64,000 nt of DNA from Candidatus Latescibacterota bacterium (GCA_965237675.1 OZ250150.1:3392001-3456000), one strand, 5' to 3'. Numbered from the stretch's first letter, positions 47,491-57,987 are shown. The notes: generated by a model not told the origin, from the sequence alone. Numbers and translations: made by a program.

Positions 47491-48277
47491 TCAGGCCGAG
47501 GCGCCGGAGTAGTGGCGGAGCCCCCACCGCCAGAACAACCGCGAGGCGATCAGCATTCCGGCAGCCACGAGGACCGCAGCCGTCAATGACTCCGTATCGA
47601 GCCGGCCGGTCAATGCCCGGGCGGGGACCGTGATCGCGAACGCAACCGGAACGATAAACGTAAGGACAAAACGCAGCCAGTGGGGATAGATACCGATGGG
47701 CCAGCGGCCGGCCTGGACCATCGTGTCGAAGATATTGAGGATATTTTCGACCTTTATATACCAGAATGAGATGGTTGACAGGATCAGGAAAAAGCTGTAG
47801 ATCGTGGCCGCGCCGCACAGAAGGGCCAGGCCGAAGGTGACTGCGTCCACGGCGCCGACATCCACGCCCCTCTTGAAAAGTGCATACGACAGCACAATCC
47901 CGCCAAGGGCGAAATCCGTGACTTTCCAGATGCGAAACTGGCTGATACTGATCAGAAACTGCGCATCCTCGGGCTTCGTGAGGGTATAGTCGAGCGTTCC
48001 CCGACGGACGTCCGTCATCAATTGCGCCCATACTGGGCCGGATGACGATAGAGATCGCCCCTCCTATAATGATGAACACACCGATCAGGGCGAGCAGATC
48101 GGAGGATCTCCAGTCGCCCAGTGTTTCGGTGTGCAGAAAGACGACGTAGACGCCAAGAAGCGCCTGTACAAGATTCACCATGGACTGAAGGATCTGGACG
48201 TAGAAGTTGACGCGATAGGCGAGTTCGTTGAGAATGCCTATCTTCAGAAAGGTCCATATCACAATCAGTTTGTGCAC
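47491..48277 (-). pseudogene. ABC-2 family permease split by a +1 frameshift (or sequencing error)
   Basis: N-half ends ...IVIRPSM and C-half starts LMTDVRRGTLDYTLTKP. Removing one G of the GGG run at 48027-48029 restores PSMAQLMTDV. Confidence 0.85.
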
Positions 48278-48305
48278 AGGCGTAGACCCCGCACCGAAGC
48301 CGTTC

Positions 48306-49100
48306 TCAGGATCCCACCGCGGAGTATTTCTTGATGCCCCGGTACCAGACGAGTTTGACGATGCCGAATCCGATGATAACCCACACGACTTGCATCAGGA
48401 AACCGTGTGAGATTTGCGTGTGGGTGAGCCTTCCAAGGAAAAGCTCCACGGGAAAGGCGACGGACCATTTGAACGGGAGCGCGTCGGCGATCGCGCGGGC
48501 CCAACCCGGCAGCAGGTCCAGTGGGGCGATCCGGCCCGAGAGGAACAGGCCGAATAGGAAGTATATCTGATTGACTGCGTCGTTCCGCGTTGTCCAGAAG
48601 GCGACCAGTGAAAGGGACCACTCAATGAAAAATCTGAGGAGATACGCCAGAATCAGCGAGAACAGGAAGAGCAGTACACTTGTTAAATCGATGTCAAACG
48701 TGGGATTGAACAGGAGGCAGAGCACAGTCGCGGACGGGATCAACACGAACAGCGTCAGGGTTTTGTAGCCGATGTTGTCTGCAATGTCGCTGTGGATGGG
48801 ATGAATCGGCTTCAGGAGCATCGCGGACAGTTCGCCGTGCTGCACGCGATAGCCCATCTCGTGCATGATCCAGGTGAACGTCCACATATTAACGACCATC
48901 AGGACGATGTAATACGCGGCGAACCCACCCGCATCGTAGCCGGCCACTTCTCCGCCGCGGGCTAACGCGACGGTTGACCAGACGACACAATAGATCGTCG
49001 GCTCAAGCAGCCCGCCGATCATCCAGATCGCCATGGCGACGCGATATTGAAACTGAAGCGCTAGTGTGGTTTTCAGGTATGCCCAGTAGATCGACAGCAT
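48306..49100 (-). CDS. ABC-2 family permease
   Basis: QYR, GELSAMLLKPIHP, LSGRIAPLDLLP, LPF, C-terminal YSAVGS. Confidence 0.9.
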   Translation of the reverse strand: MLSIYWAYLKTTLALQFQYRVAMAIWMIGGLLEPTIYCVVWSTVALARGGEVAGYDAGGFAAYYIVLMVVNMWTFTWIMHEMGYRVQHGELSAMLLKPIHPIHSDIADNIGYKTLTLFVLIPSATVLCLLFNPTFDIDLTSVLLFLFSLILAYLLRFFIEWSLSLVAFWTTRNDAVNQIYFLFGLFLSGRIAPLDLLPGWARAIADALPFKWSVAFPVELFLGRLTHTQISHGFLMQVVWVIIGFGIVKLVWYRGIKKYSAVGS

Positions 49101-49294
49101 AGGCGTTTATGGTGGATGCGGGTTCTTCCGATACTCATCAGATGCCGCCCGGGCAAAAACCGGGAGTCTCTAAGCTCAGGGACAAGAGAGCGTGGAACAG
49201 GGGGGCGGCGCGGAGGCGTGCTGGACGGCGTCGTCGAGGCGGCCGGTTCCATATCTTAGATAACTGGTGCGGTTATCGGCTTCTGTGTTGCGCC

Positions 49295-50326
49295 TCAACA
49301 CGAAGTGGATTTCGCCCACCCGATCTCGGCGCCGGCCGGATCGGGATCATCTCCAGACGCCTCAACAGAGAAAACCTGTTCGATGACTTCCTCGATGGGC
49401 GGGTCTTCAACGGTCAGGTCCAGCACCGGCAAATCGCCTAGAATTCTCGCCGTCACCTGCGGGGTGGCCTCTTTAGGCACACGAAGAGAGTAACGCAGCC
49501 CGGCTGCCTCTACGCCTTCTCCATATGGCGAGAGGTCCACGTTCTCTGTCTCCAGTTCGACCACAACGGTCTTGTGGGGGGAGAATCGGGCGACGAGGTC
49601 GGAAAGCGCACCGTCGAAAAGGATCTTACCGTGGTGGATGATGACGACACGCTTACACAGGGCTTCGACGTCGGCCATGTAGTGGCTCGTGAGCAGCACC
49701 GTCGCGCCGTGCGCCCGGTTGTACTCCTCAATGAAAGTACGAATGCGGCGCTGCATGGTGACGTCGAGACCGATTGTGGGTTCGTCGAGGAACAGTACCC
49801 TTGGACGATGCAGCAGGGCGGCCGCGATCTCGCACTTCATCCGCTCCCCGAGCGAGAGGTTTCTGACCGGTTTTGGGAGAAGCGATTCCAATTCGAGCAA
49901 ATCCGTCAGCTCATCGAGTGTCTTCCTGTAGTCACTGTGCGAAATCCGATAGACCGCGCGGTTACGTTCAAGAGAGTCGATCATCGGGATATCCCAGATC
50001 AGCTGGTTGCGCTGTCCCATAACGAGCGTAATCTGCCCAAGGAAAGCCTTTTCGCGCCTGTGGGGGATATGACCCAGTACTTCGGCCGTCCCGTCTGTGG
50101 GATAGAGCAACCCCGATAGCATCTTGAGCGTCGTGGTTTTTCCCGCCCCATTGGGACCGAGAAAGCCCACGATTTCACCGGGATCGACGTTGAAGGAAAT
50201 GGTTTCCACGGCCTTGACCAAACGTGTTTTCCGTTTGACCAGGCTCTTGAGCGCTGCGCCCAGGCCCGCCTCGCGCTCAGGTACTATATAGAACTTGGAA
50301 AGATCTCTAACCGTGATGACGCTCAT
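49295..50326 (-). CDS. ABC transporter ATP-binding protein
   Basis: GPNGAGKT, LSLGERMK, LFLDEPTIGLD, TSHY. Confidence 0.93.
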   Translation of the reverse strand: MSVITVRDLSKFYIVPEREAGLGAALKSLVKRKTRLVKAVETISFNVDPGEIVGFLGPNGAGKTTTLKMLSGLLYPTDGTAEVLGHIPHRREKAFLGQITLVMGQRNQLIWDIPMIDSLERNRAVYRISHSDYRKTLDELTDLLELESLLPKPVRNLSLGERMKCEIAAALLHRPRVLFLDEPTIGLDVTMQRRIRTFIEEYNRAHGATVLLTSHYMADVEALCKRVVIIHHGKILFDGALSDLVARFSPHKTVVVELETENVDLSPYGEGVEAAGLRYSLRVPKEATPQVTARILGDLPVLDLTVEDPPIEEVIEQVFSVEASGDDPDPAGAEIGWAKSTSC

Positions 50327-50532
50327 GTGAGCCTGGATGCCGTTGCCGGCGGTGTTGCCTGAACTTGAACGTGAAAAGTGCGTATTCAACCGGTTTGGAA
50401 GAACCCCCTGATTGGCGATGCCCGATCCCGGTCATTCATTGGATGCACAACGAGCCGCCGGTTTTCTGAATGCGGCGGCCCTTGACCACGACAAGCGGAA
50501 GAACTATGCCATACAAAATGCAACCTCGGCAC

Positions 50533-51765
50533 TCATATCTGAACCCTGTCCTGTATCACCTGCCAGTCGGATTCCGTCATGTCGCTGTAATGCCAGTAAA
50601 TGAGGGTGGTCAGGCCGCCATTCTCAACGGTTTGCAGCATGTGTTCCAGTTCGCGACTGTCCATGCGGACACCACCGTGATGCAGCCCCATCCAGGGCCG
50701 GATGCGTGAGACGTCGCCGAGGCGTTCCCTCATTTTGGTAATTTCGCTCAGGGCCACCTGCTCGAAGAACTCGGCGGGCAACGGGGCGTCCAGGTCGGCG
50801 AGGCAACTGACCCCTGGTACCCACAGGGCGAAGAGCTCTCGGACGCGGTCGAGCGCTTCGGATTCGGACATTCCCGGGTTCCACGCGCACAGGGTTTCCG
50901 CCCAGCGGTACAGGGTGCCCTTCAGGCCATCGATCCCGTGCTGCCAGAAATAGAGTTTCGGGCACTGGAAGTCGACGATTTCCGCAAGGCGTCCGAAGTT
51001 GTATCCTGTAAGCGGCGCAAAGGCAGGCAGGCGGGGGCCGCAGGCCACCTTTCGCGGCGGCTTGAGCGACCGGGCGGTGTCGGCAAATGCGCCGATGTAG
51101 TTTTCGATGCTGTCGGTCTTGAAACGGAACCAGTCGAACAGACCGGGGTTCGAGATCAGCGCGTCGAGGCCGTCGATCAGCCCGCGTTCGCGGCGGCCCG
51201 GAGGCAGGCTCCGCATATTCTTCAAACTGTTCTCAAGGCGCCCCTGGGCTTTCCAGAGGGCATCGAAGTCGTAACCCCACTCTTTCGCTCGTGCACGGCA
51301 GCAGTCGCAGTCGCACCGGAACAGTTTGCTCCGACGGTCGAGTGAGATTTCGTACCCCCACTCGGGTCCGTCCAGGATGAATCCGTCTACCCCGGGGAAA
51401 CTGCGAACGACGTCTCGCGTTCGCGCAGGGCCGTACCTGAGCTTTTCCGGATTGTTGATGCAGCCCGGTGCGGCTTGAAGCCAATCGTGCAGATAAACGC
51501 CGAAGTTCCGGTCTTTCGCCTTTTCAACGGCACGTTGCAGTGTTTCGAACCTGGGGATGTCTACCGGCGACATTTCCGGCGGACGGGTCTCACATCCCGT
51601 ATAGAGTTCCGGCGTTGGCGGATACGCGGGCGACGTCCCGAATCTCAGGTCGCCCAGCACGATCGTGTCGATGCCCACCCCTTCCAGGCGGTCCAGGATA
51701 CTGTCGGCGCCTTCTTCTTCGAAGGCGTCGATGAGGCCGATAAACATCCATATATCGAGTGGCAT
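50533..51765 (-). CDS. Hypothetical protein, probable TIM-barrel (glycoside-hydrolase-like)
   Basis: About 410 aa open frame. VDGFILDGPEWGYE, CDCDCC, DWFRFK, PKLY. Fold call is inference. Confidence 0.6.
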   Translation of the reverse strand: MPLDIWMFIGLIDAFEEEGADSILDRLEGVGIDTIVLGDLRFGTSPAYPPTPELYTGCETRPPEMSPVDIPRFETLQRAVEKAKDRNFGVYLHDWLQAAPGCINNPEKLRYGPARTRDVVRSFPGVDGFILDGPEWGYEISLDRRSKLFRCDCDCCRARAKEWGYDFDALWKAQGRLENSLKNMRSLPPGRRERGLIDGLDALISNPGLFDWFRFKTDSIENYIGAFADTARSLKPPRKVACGPRLPAFAPLTGYNFGRLAEIVDFQCPKLYFWQHGIDGLKGTLYRWAETLCAWNPGMSESEALDRVRELFALWVPGVSCLADLDAPLPAEFFEQVALSEITKMRERLGDVSRIRPWMGLHHGGVRMDSRELEHMLQTVENGGLTTLIYWHYSDMTESDWQVIQDRVQI

Positions 51766-51786
51766 GGCAGGTCCATACAAAAGGGA

Positions 51787-51808
51787 GGGCGGGTATGAAA
51801 CCCCGCCC
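51787..51808. repeat. GC-rich REP-like hairpin downstream of nadA
   Basis: GGGCGGG-TATGAAAC-CCCGCCC. Single copy seen in the window. Confidence 0.35.
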
Positions 51809-51832
51809 CCGCGGCATACGTTATCTGTGAAT

Positions 51833-52882
51833 TCAACCTATTTCCAACATCCGATCCACCGCGCGTTTGGCTCGAATGCGGATTTGCTCGGGTACCTCGA
51901 TGATCTGCTCGTTGTTTTTCAGGGCATTCAGCGTGTCTTCGAGGGTGATTTCGTTCATGTGCGGACACCGGATGCTGCAAAGCCGAACCATTTCCTTGTC
52001 CGGGTTGTCTGCCATGATATTGTCACCCATGCTGCATTCCGTGAGGAGCAGATAGCTGGAGGCTTCAGTCTCTTGCACATAAGCGCTCATCTTGGACGTG
52101 CTGCTGGAGAAGTCGGAAGCCGCCACAACTTCGGGGCTGCACTCCGGATGGGCGAGAACGAGCACGCCCGGGAATTGCTCGCGCACATCGGTGACGTCGC
52201 CGACGGTGAATTTCTCGTGCACTTCGCACCGGCCGTGCCAACCGATCATCTCGTATTCCAGCTCTGTTCCGGGCAGTTCGGGTTCCTCCCTTGTGGGGAA
52301 AATGATCCGCTTGCCGGTTTCCTGGGCCACGTTGGCCGCCAGGTATTCGTCGGGAAGAAAGATGACGGTATCGCAACCGAGCGATTCCACGACCCTTGCG
52401 GCGTTGCTGGATGTGCAGCAGACGTCGCATTCCGCTTTCACGTCTGCATAGGTGTTTATATACGTGACGATAGGGATACCCGGGTAATCCTCCCGCAGTT
52501 TGCGGACGTCCTCGGCAGAGATGCTTGCCGCCAGGGAGCACCCGGCAATCCGTGCCGGCAACAGAACGGTCTTGTCCGGGTTGAGGATCTTCGCGGTTTC
52601 CGCCATAAAACGCACGCCGCAGAATACGATGGGGTCGCAATCGGTTTCGGCGGCTTTACGGCTGAGTTCAAGCGAATCGCCCACCACGTCTGGCACGGTA
52701 TGGAAGAGCGCCGGCTCCATGTAGTTGTGACCCAGGATGATGGCGCCGCGCTCTTCCTTCAGGCGGTTGATTTCGTAAACCAGTTCGGCTTTATATAGAA
52801 GCTCGATTTCCGGCACGATACCGCTGAGTTTGCGCGCCATCTGTTCGTACGTTTCGTGGAGCGTATTTTCCAGAATTGCCAT
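51833..52882 (-). CDS. nadA: Quinolinate synthase A
   Basis: GHNY, GDSLELS, FCGVRFMAETAKIL, AGCSLA, YINT, CTSSNA, CEVH, HPEC, TE, CPHM. Confidence 0.97.
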   Translation of the reverse strand: MAILENTLHETYEQMARKLSGIVPEIELLYKAELVYEINRLKEERGAIILGHNYMEPALFHTVPDVVGDSLELSRKAAETDCDPIVFCGVRFMAETAKILNPDKTVLLPARIAGCSLAASISAEDVRKLREDYPGIPIVTYINTYADVKAECDVCCTSSNAARVVESLGCDTVIFLPDEYLAANVAQETGKRIIFPTREEPELPGTELEYEMIGWHGRCEVHEKFTVGDVTDVREQFPGVLVLAHPECSPEVVAASDFSSSTSKMSAYVQETEASSYLLLTECSMGDNIMADNPDKEMVRLCSIRCPHMNEITLEDTLNALKNNEQIIEVPEQIRIRAKRAVDRMLEIG

Positions 52883-52963
52883 GACGTAGATCCCCGTGCC
52901 CGTTCAATGCGGGTTTGTTATCGCTAAAGATAACCAAAATTTTTTTATCGGCAAGGGATAGAT

Positions 52964-53650
52964 GCGGTCAAAAAGCTCGGATGGACGGATCCTATCGGCA
53001 AGGAGTTTGAGTGGCGCGGCCGACGAAAAGGCCGGGTGATCGGTGTTGTCAGGGATTTTCATTCCCAGTCGTCGCATCACCGCGTAGGTCCGGTGGTTAT
53101 GTTTCATTGGATTCATCTGATCCTTTCGTTGCGGATTACCCCGGTCGGAATTCCGGAGACATTGGCTTTTTTGGAGCAGACATGGAAGACGGTCATCCCG
53201 CACCTGCCGTTTGATTTCTATTTTGTGGATGAACGGGTCCAGGGAAGTTATCGGTCGGAGATCCATCTGACCCGGACGGTTGGAATTTTCGCATTGCTTG
53301 CCGTTTTTGTGGCCTCTCCAGGTCTGTACGGATTGGCAGCGTTCACGACTGAGCAAAGAACCAAAGAAATCGGCGTCCGGAAGTCATTGGGGGCATCCGT
53401 TTTCCGTATTGTCGGGATGCTGTCGAGGGAGTTTTTGACACTGGTGGCGATCGCCAACCTGCTGGCCTGGCCGATGATCTACTGGGCGATGGATGCGTGG
53501 CTGAGGGCGTTTCCCTATCGGGTCGATCTGGGTATCGGTGTTTTTGTTCTGAGCGGTCTGTTCGCATTCGTGATTGCGCTGGAGACGGTGAGCTATCACG
53601 CATCCAGGGCGGCCCGGATAAATCCGGTGGATGCGTTGCGGTATGAATAG
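52964..53650 (+). pseudogene. MacB/FtsX-like ABC permease, C-terminal fragment only
   Basis: AVKKLGWTDPIGK...VIGVVRDFH...EQRTKEIGVRKSLGAS...NPVDALRYE. The N-terminal two-thirds expected for this family are absent. Confidence 0.82.
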
Positions 53651-53751
53651 CGAGGAGGGATTTCTCAGTCGGCCGTCGATTCGTCTGCGTACAGGTTCCT
53701 CGCGCCCGGCGTCTGTCGACCCGGCCGGCGGACCCCCGGTGCCGGTTCGGT

Positions 53752-54810
53752 CTAGGCCCTCAGATCTTCCTGCCGCGAACGCTTGAGGAGTTCCGCTTCC
53801 GCCGCCTGCCTGTCCGCGTCGGCCTTGAGTGGAGTAACGGTGACTCCGGGCGCCGGCCGCGGGGAAAGGATCCGGCTGGCGCCGGCATTTCGGAGCGCCC
53901 GTACAACCGGTTCGGGCTCCGGCGCCAGTGCGATGATCGTCCCGCCGCCGCCTGCCCCGGCAAGCTTGGCCCCCAGAGCCCCGGCTTTCAGCGCCGTCCG
54001 AATGAGGCGTTCGTTTTGCGGCCCTGAACCGCCCAGGTCCCTCTGGATTTCGTGATTCTCGACCATCAGTTCACCCAGGGTCTCCCAGTCCCTAGCCAGG
54101 AGGGCGCGCTTACCCATCCTCGCGAGGTGGGCAATGCGAAGGTAGCTGCGCACGACTTCCCGGTCGCCCTCCAGCCACCGTTCCCGAATCGGCCGGTGCA
54201 CGAAGGCGGAGTTGCGTTTCACACCCGTGTGGGCCAGGATAAAGGGGAATTCGTCCACGTATGGCGCAAGCGGCTCCACGGTGGCGTAGGGTTCGTCAGC
54301 GAGCGCGCGGTAAAATTGCTTCTCGCGGAAATCCAGGTAGTTCAGCCCTCCGATCGTGCACATATAGGCGTCCTGATAGCCGCACAGAACCAGATAGTGC
54401 AATTCGATGTGGCGGGCCATTTCAGCACGGTGGAACATGTGGACAGACCTGCCCATGTAGGCCAGAATGGCGTTGAGAATGGATACGATCAGAGCGGATG
54501 AACTGGAAAGACCCGCACGGAAGGGGATATCGCATGCCCAGCGTAGGGAGAATAGCGCCCTCTTCAGGTTGAGGAAGTCGACCACGGCTATTGCGACGTC
54601 GAAATAGCCGCCGTCCGGTTTCAGGTCTTCCGCGGCGCGAATCACACGGCGGTAGCCTGCGACTTCGAAGCTGAGCTCTTCGGCGGGTTCGATCAGTACG
54701 ACCGCCCGTTCCAGCGTGGAACAGGAGATGACGCTGCCGCCGTACATGTCGGTGGGATTGCCGATAATGCCAGCTCTGCCCGGTGCCGTGCTCATGTAGG
54801 CCCCCGGCAT
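53752..54810 (-). CDS. GHMP sugar kinase, glucuronokinase-like
   Basis: GRAGIIGNPTDMYGG, PFRAGLSSSSA, CGYQD, GAKLAGAGGGG. Confidence 0.85.
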   Translation of the reverse strand: MPGAYMSTAPGRAGIIGNPTDMYGGSVISCSTLERAVVLIEPAEELSFEVAGYRRVIRAAEDLKPDGGYFDVAIAVVDFLNLKRALFSLRWACDIPFRAGLSSSSALIVSILNAILAYMGRSVHMFHRAEMARHIELHYLVLCGYQDAYMCTIGGLNYLDFREKQFYRALADEPYATVEPLAPYVDEFPFILAHTGVKRNSAFVHRPIRERWLEGDREVVRSYLRIAHLARMGKRALLARDWETLGELMVENHEIQRDLGGSGPQNERLIRTALKAGALGAKLAGAGGGGTIIALAPEPEPVVRALRNAGASRILSPRPAPGVTVTPLKADADRQAAEAELLKRSRQEDLRA

Positions 54811-54812
54811 AC

Positions 54813-55718
54813 TCAGAATTCCCTCAACTGTTTCTGAAGGTGCTGGCGGATGAGGTAACCGTGGCGTTGGTCCGAGATGGCGAAGTCTATGAAGGCCTTG
54901 AAGTAGGATACGGGGTCGCCGATGCCATATCGAAGTTCTTCTTTCTTTAACCGGACGCAGCGTACCTTGCGGCCCATTTTGATGAGCGTCGCAATCGCGT
55001 CGGTCAACTCGAGTTTGCCGCTGGGACCGGGAAGGGTGTGCCGGATCGCTTCGAAGATCTCGGGATGAAACACATATCGGGCGGCGACTGCAAGGCGACT
55101 CGGCGCGTCTGCGATAGCTGGTTTTTCCACAATGCTCTCGATCTCAAAGTCCATCCGGGCTCGGCCCAGGGGCTTGACGATGCCGTAATTCGACACATCG
55201 GAGGGATCGACCTCCACGACAGCGATCGTGCAGCGAGAATCGTGCTGGAAGTGGGACCTGATCATCCTTCGGACGAGCCCCGCGTGGTTCCCGGACTTGA
55301 CGATTGTGTCCCCAAGCGCGACAACAAAGGGATCGTTTCCGACGAAGTCCTCGGCTCCGCCGATCGCGTCTCCGATTCCACGCGGTGTGTGCCGCCCTTG
55401 GGGAATGAGCTGGCGGGTGAAAAAAAACCTCACCGACTTCCGCCCATAATCCACCTCTTCCAGCAGTTCCCGGTTATCGCTTTCCGATAGGCGATTCAAC
55501 AGTTCAGCGTCGCGATCGAAGTGATCTTCGACAGACCGTTTGTCGCGCCCCGTAATGAACAGGAATTTCGCCAGGCCCTGGTCCACCATTTCTTCCACGA
55601 CGTATTGGACCACGGGTTTGCACGCGACAGGGAGCATCTCCTTCGGTTGCGATTTGGTGGCCGGCAGGAGCCCGGTGCCCATACCGGCTAACGGGATCAC
55701 GACCTTCTCGATTTCCAT
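54813..55718 (-). CDS. UTP-glucose-1-phosphate uridylyltransferase (GalU)-like nucleotidyltransferase
   Basis: PLAGMGTGLLPATKSQPKEMLPV, EDHFD, RQ, ALGD, YGIV, IVEKP, ARY, ELTDA. Confidence 0.88.
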   Translation of the reverse strand: MEIEKVVIPLAGMGTGLLPATKSQPKEMLPVACKPVVQYVVEEMVDQGLAKFLFITGRDKRSVEDHFDRDAELLNRLSESDNRELLEEVDYGRKSVRFFFTRQLIPQGRHTPRGIGDAIGGAEDFVGNDPFVVALGDTIVKSGNHAGLVRRMIRSHFQHDSRCTIAVVEVDPSDVSNYGIVKPLGRARMDFEIESIVEKPAIADAPSRLAVAARYVFHPEIFEAIRHTLPGPSGKLELTDAIATLIKMGRKVRCVRLKKEELRYGIGDPVSYFKAFIDFAISDQRHGYLIRQHLQKQLREF

Positions 55719-55959
55719 AAGACGGAACTCCTTGAAGATTCTGCTATCGGTTATCCGGCCGAACTTGCCACCGGAATCGAGAACCTGCTTCACGGCAGCC
55801 CAACACGGGATTGGCCGCTGGGGTTTCCACCTCGGACCGTCTGAACAGGCGTTTCGGGGATGGGTTCGTTTCGAACGGGATTCCCGCCGAGCGGCTGCGG
55901 ATATCGGGGGCAATTTCGCGCGTGCTGCTTGAACAGGATCCAAGTAGGAAGAAGAGAAT

Positions 55960-55994
55960 ATAAAATCAGGGCGTGCCTGCTGCAGCACACCCTG
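55960..55994 (-). terminator. Putative intrinsic terminator after trxA
   Basis: Minus strand CAGGGTGTGC-8 nt-GCACGCCCTG followed by ATTTTAT. Confidence 0.5.
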
Positions 55995-56184
55995 TATTCG
56001 ATGCGATGGTCACGGTTTTCACTGCGGCCGTTGAACCCGCACACGCCGACGTGTCTCCAAAATCGAGTTCGTTCGGCTCGCGTCGACGGCAACCGGTCGT
56101 GTTCGCTACGCGTACCCGGAAAGGGCTCGCCCCGATCCCTGTACGGAGTCGGGTCAGGGCGTTTCCGGACGGGTGGCCGTACGT

Positions 56185-56517
56185 TTACAACACGGCCTCG
56201 AGTTTCTCAACCAGCTGTTTTTTGGGGACCGCGCCGACAATCTGATCGGCCAATTCGCCGTTTTTGAATATGAGCAAGGTTGGAATACTGCGGATTCCAA
56301 AGTCGGAAGCGATCTTCTGTTCGGAATCCACGTCGACTTTGCAAACTTTGACCCGGCCCTCGTACTCTACGGCCAGTTCGTCCACAATTGGCGCAACCAT
56401 GCGGCAGGGCCCGCACCAGACAGCCCAGAAATCCACGAGCACCGGAATGGCGGACTCGACCACTTCAGACTGAAAGCTATCGTCGGTAATGGTTATTGCA
56501 TTTGCCAACGCTCGCAC
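56185..56517 (-). CDS. trxA: Thioredoxin
   Basis: [16 protein letters not shown]. Start may be TTG at 56508. Confidence 0.96.
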   Translation of the reverse strand: MRALANAITITDDSFQSEVVESAIPVLVDFWAVWCGPCRMVAPIVDELAVEYEGRVKVCKVDVDSEQKIASDFGIRSIPTLLIFKNGELADQIVGAVPKKQLVEKLEAVL

Positions 56518-56667
56518 CGCCTTTCTCTAATGGTTGTATGGAACACTTATCAGATGCCGGCGGTATTCGCCACCGCCACGGATTGTGAAATCTACAATGT
56601 TTGCCCTGGGATGTCAAGATTGAGTAAAATGTGTGGGGCACCCGGAAAGGCCCAACCGAACGCCGGA

Positions 56668-57696
56668 TCAGCCGGCCGGCCGAGAACACATCCGGCAGAT
56701 GAGTTGTGTGAGCGTGGCGGCATGGGTGCGAGAACGGGACTTCAGGAGGTTGTCCGCGTTCAGGAGGGCCTCGTAGGCGTCCCACAGGGCCTGTTCGTCG
56801 AAACGGCCCGCCTGTTCGAGATAGTTGGACAGAAAAAAGGGGGGTACCTTCAGTTTTCGCGCCATTTCCGACCGCGGCAGCCGAAGGTTCCGGAGCCAGC
56901 GGGCTTTACGTAGAATGCCGATGTGCCGGATGAGCATCGCGACAACGGCAACCGGGTTGTCACCCCGTTCGAGAAGGTGGTGCAGAACGGCCAGGGCGTC
57001 ACCGGCTTGCCGCTTTCCCACGGCATCCGTGAGTTCGAAGACGGTTGCGCTGCGCGAAGCGCCTGCCACCTGGATGACGTCGTCTCGCGCAATGGTATCT
57101 CGTCCATCCGTATATGTGGCTAGCTTCTCGAGTTCGCTGACCAGTTCGCACGGATTTGGTCCCACGCTGAGATGAAGCAGGTGCGCCGCGTCGGGTTCAA
57201 TCCGTTTCTCCAGGGCAGCCGCCCGTCTGCGAATCCACTCCGGGAGTTCATTTTCATAGGGTGGTCTGAATTCTACCGCAACGGCCTTTTTTCGCAAGGC
57301 GACGGAGAGCTTTTTGCGGCCGTCCAATTTGTCCGCGGTAAAAATCAGCACGGTGGATTCAACGGGATTTTCAATAAGGGGCATGAGATTGTGCGCCTCG
57401 GTGTCCCGCAGCCGTTCCACGCGTTTGACGACGACAACCCGCCGTGCCGCCATCATCGGAAAGGCGGTTGCCCGGCTGACGGCATCGGCCACATCCATAT
57501 CCTCGCCCCCGAAAGTGTCCAGATTGAACGCCCTTAATGTGGGGTCGACGGCAGCGTCGACAAGGGATTTCAGGCTTTCTTCCTTGCCGACGTTCTCAGA
57601 TCCGTACATCAAATACAGCGGCGCGAATTCGCCCCGTTGAATCTGCGCGGTCAGCTTGTCCCGCGTCGTGCCGGATTTAACGTTGGATTTGGCCAC
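56668..57696 (-). CDS. holA: DNA polymerase III subunit delta
   Basis: PLYLMYG.E, FPMMAARRVVVVK, ELEKL, VFELTDA, ADNLLKS. Confidence 0.92.
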   Translation of the reverse strand: MAKSNVKSGTTRDKLTAQIQRGEFAPLYLMYGSENVGKEESLKSLVDAAVDPTLRAFNLDTFGGEDMDVADAVSRATAFPMMAARRVVVVKRVERLRDTEAHNLMPLIENPVESTVLIFTADKLDGRKKLSVALRKKAVAVEFRPPYENELPEWIRRRAAALEKRIEPDAAHLLHLSVGPNPCELVSELEKLATYTDGRDTIARDDVIQVAGASRSATVFELTDAVGKRQAGDALAVLHHLLERGDNPVAVVAMLIRHIGILRKARWLRNLRLPRSEMARKLKVPPFFLSNYLEQAGRFDEQALWDAYEALLNADNLLKSRSRTHAATLTQLICRMCSRPAG

Positions 57697-57783
57697 GGTC
57701 GTGGTTAATCGAGAAGGTGTGGAAGTCTTGGAAACACGCCCGGCGCCGTTGCCTTGGCGCGTTACACCGGTCGTGAGGGGGCG

Positions 57784-57975
57784 CTAACCGTCCATGTCGC
57801 GAAATTCAGCGTCTCTGATCCGATTCTTGTTGATGTCCCAGGATGACTTCTTGTCGGTTGGACATGACCCGTCTTTTGGGGGGGCGACCCAACGAAGGGC
57901 AGAGCGCAGCACATCCCGAAGAACGCGGTACAAAACACTCAACAACAGACCGAGAAGGACAATGCGCAGCAACAT
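57784..57975 (-). CDS. Small membrane-anchored hypothetical protein
   Basis: GGGAG RBS, hydrophobic N-terminus, C-terminal IRDAEFRD. Co-oriented between purM and holA. Confidence 0.65.
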   Translation of the reverse strand: MLLRIVLLGLLLSVLYRVLRDVLRSALRWVAPPKDGSCPTDKKSSWDINKNRIRDAEFRDMDG

Positions 57976-57987
57976 GCTGAACTCCCG

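Noticed and set aside
51833-52882. nadA without nadB/nadC
   Set aside because: Scattered nad genes are common, and nothing can be concluded from one window.
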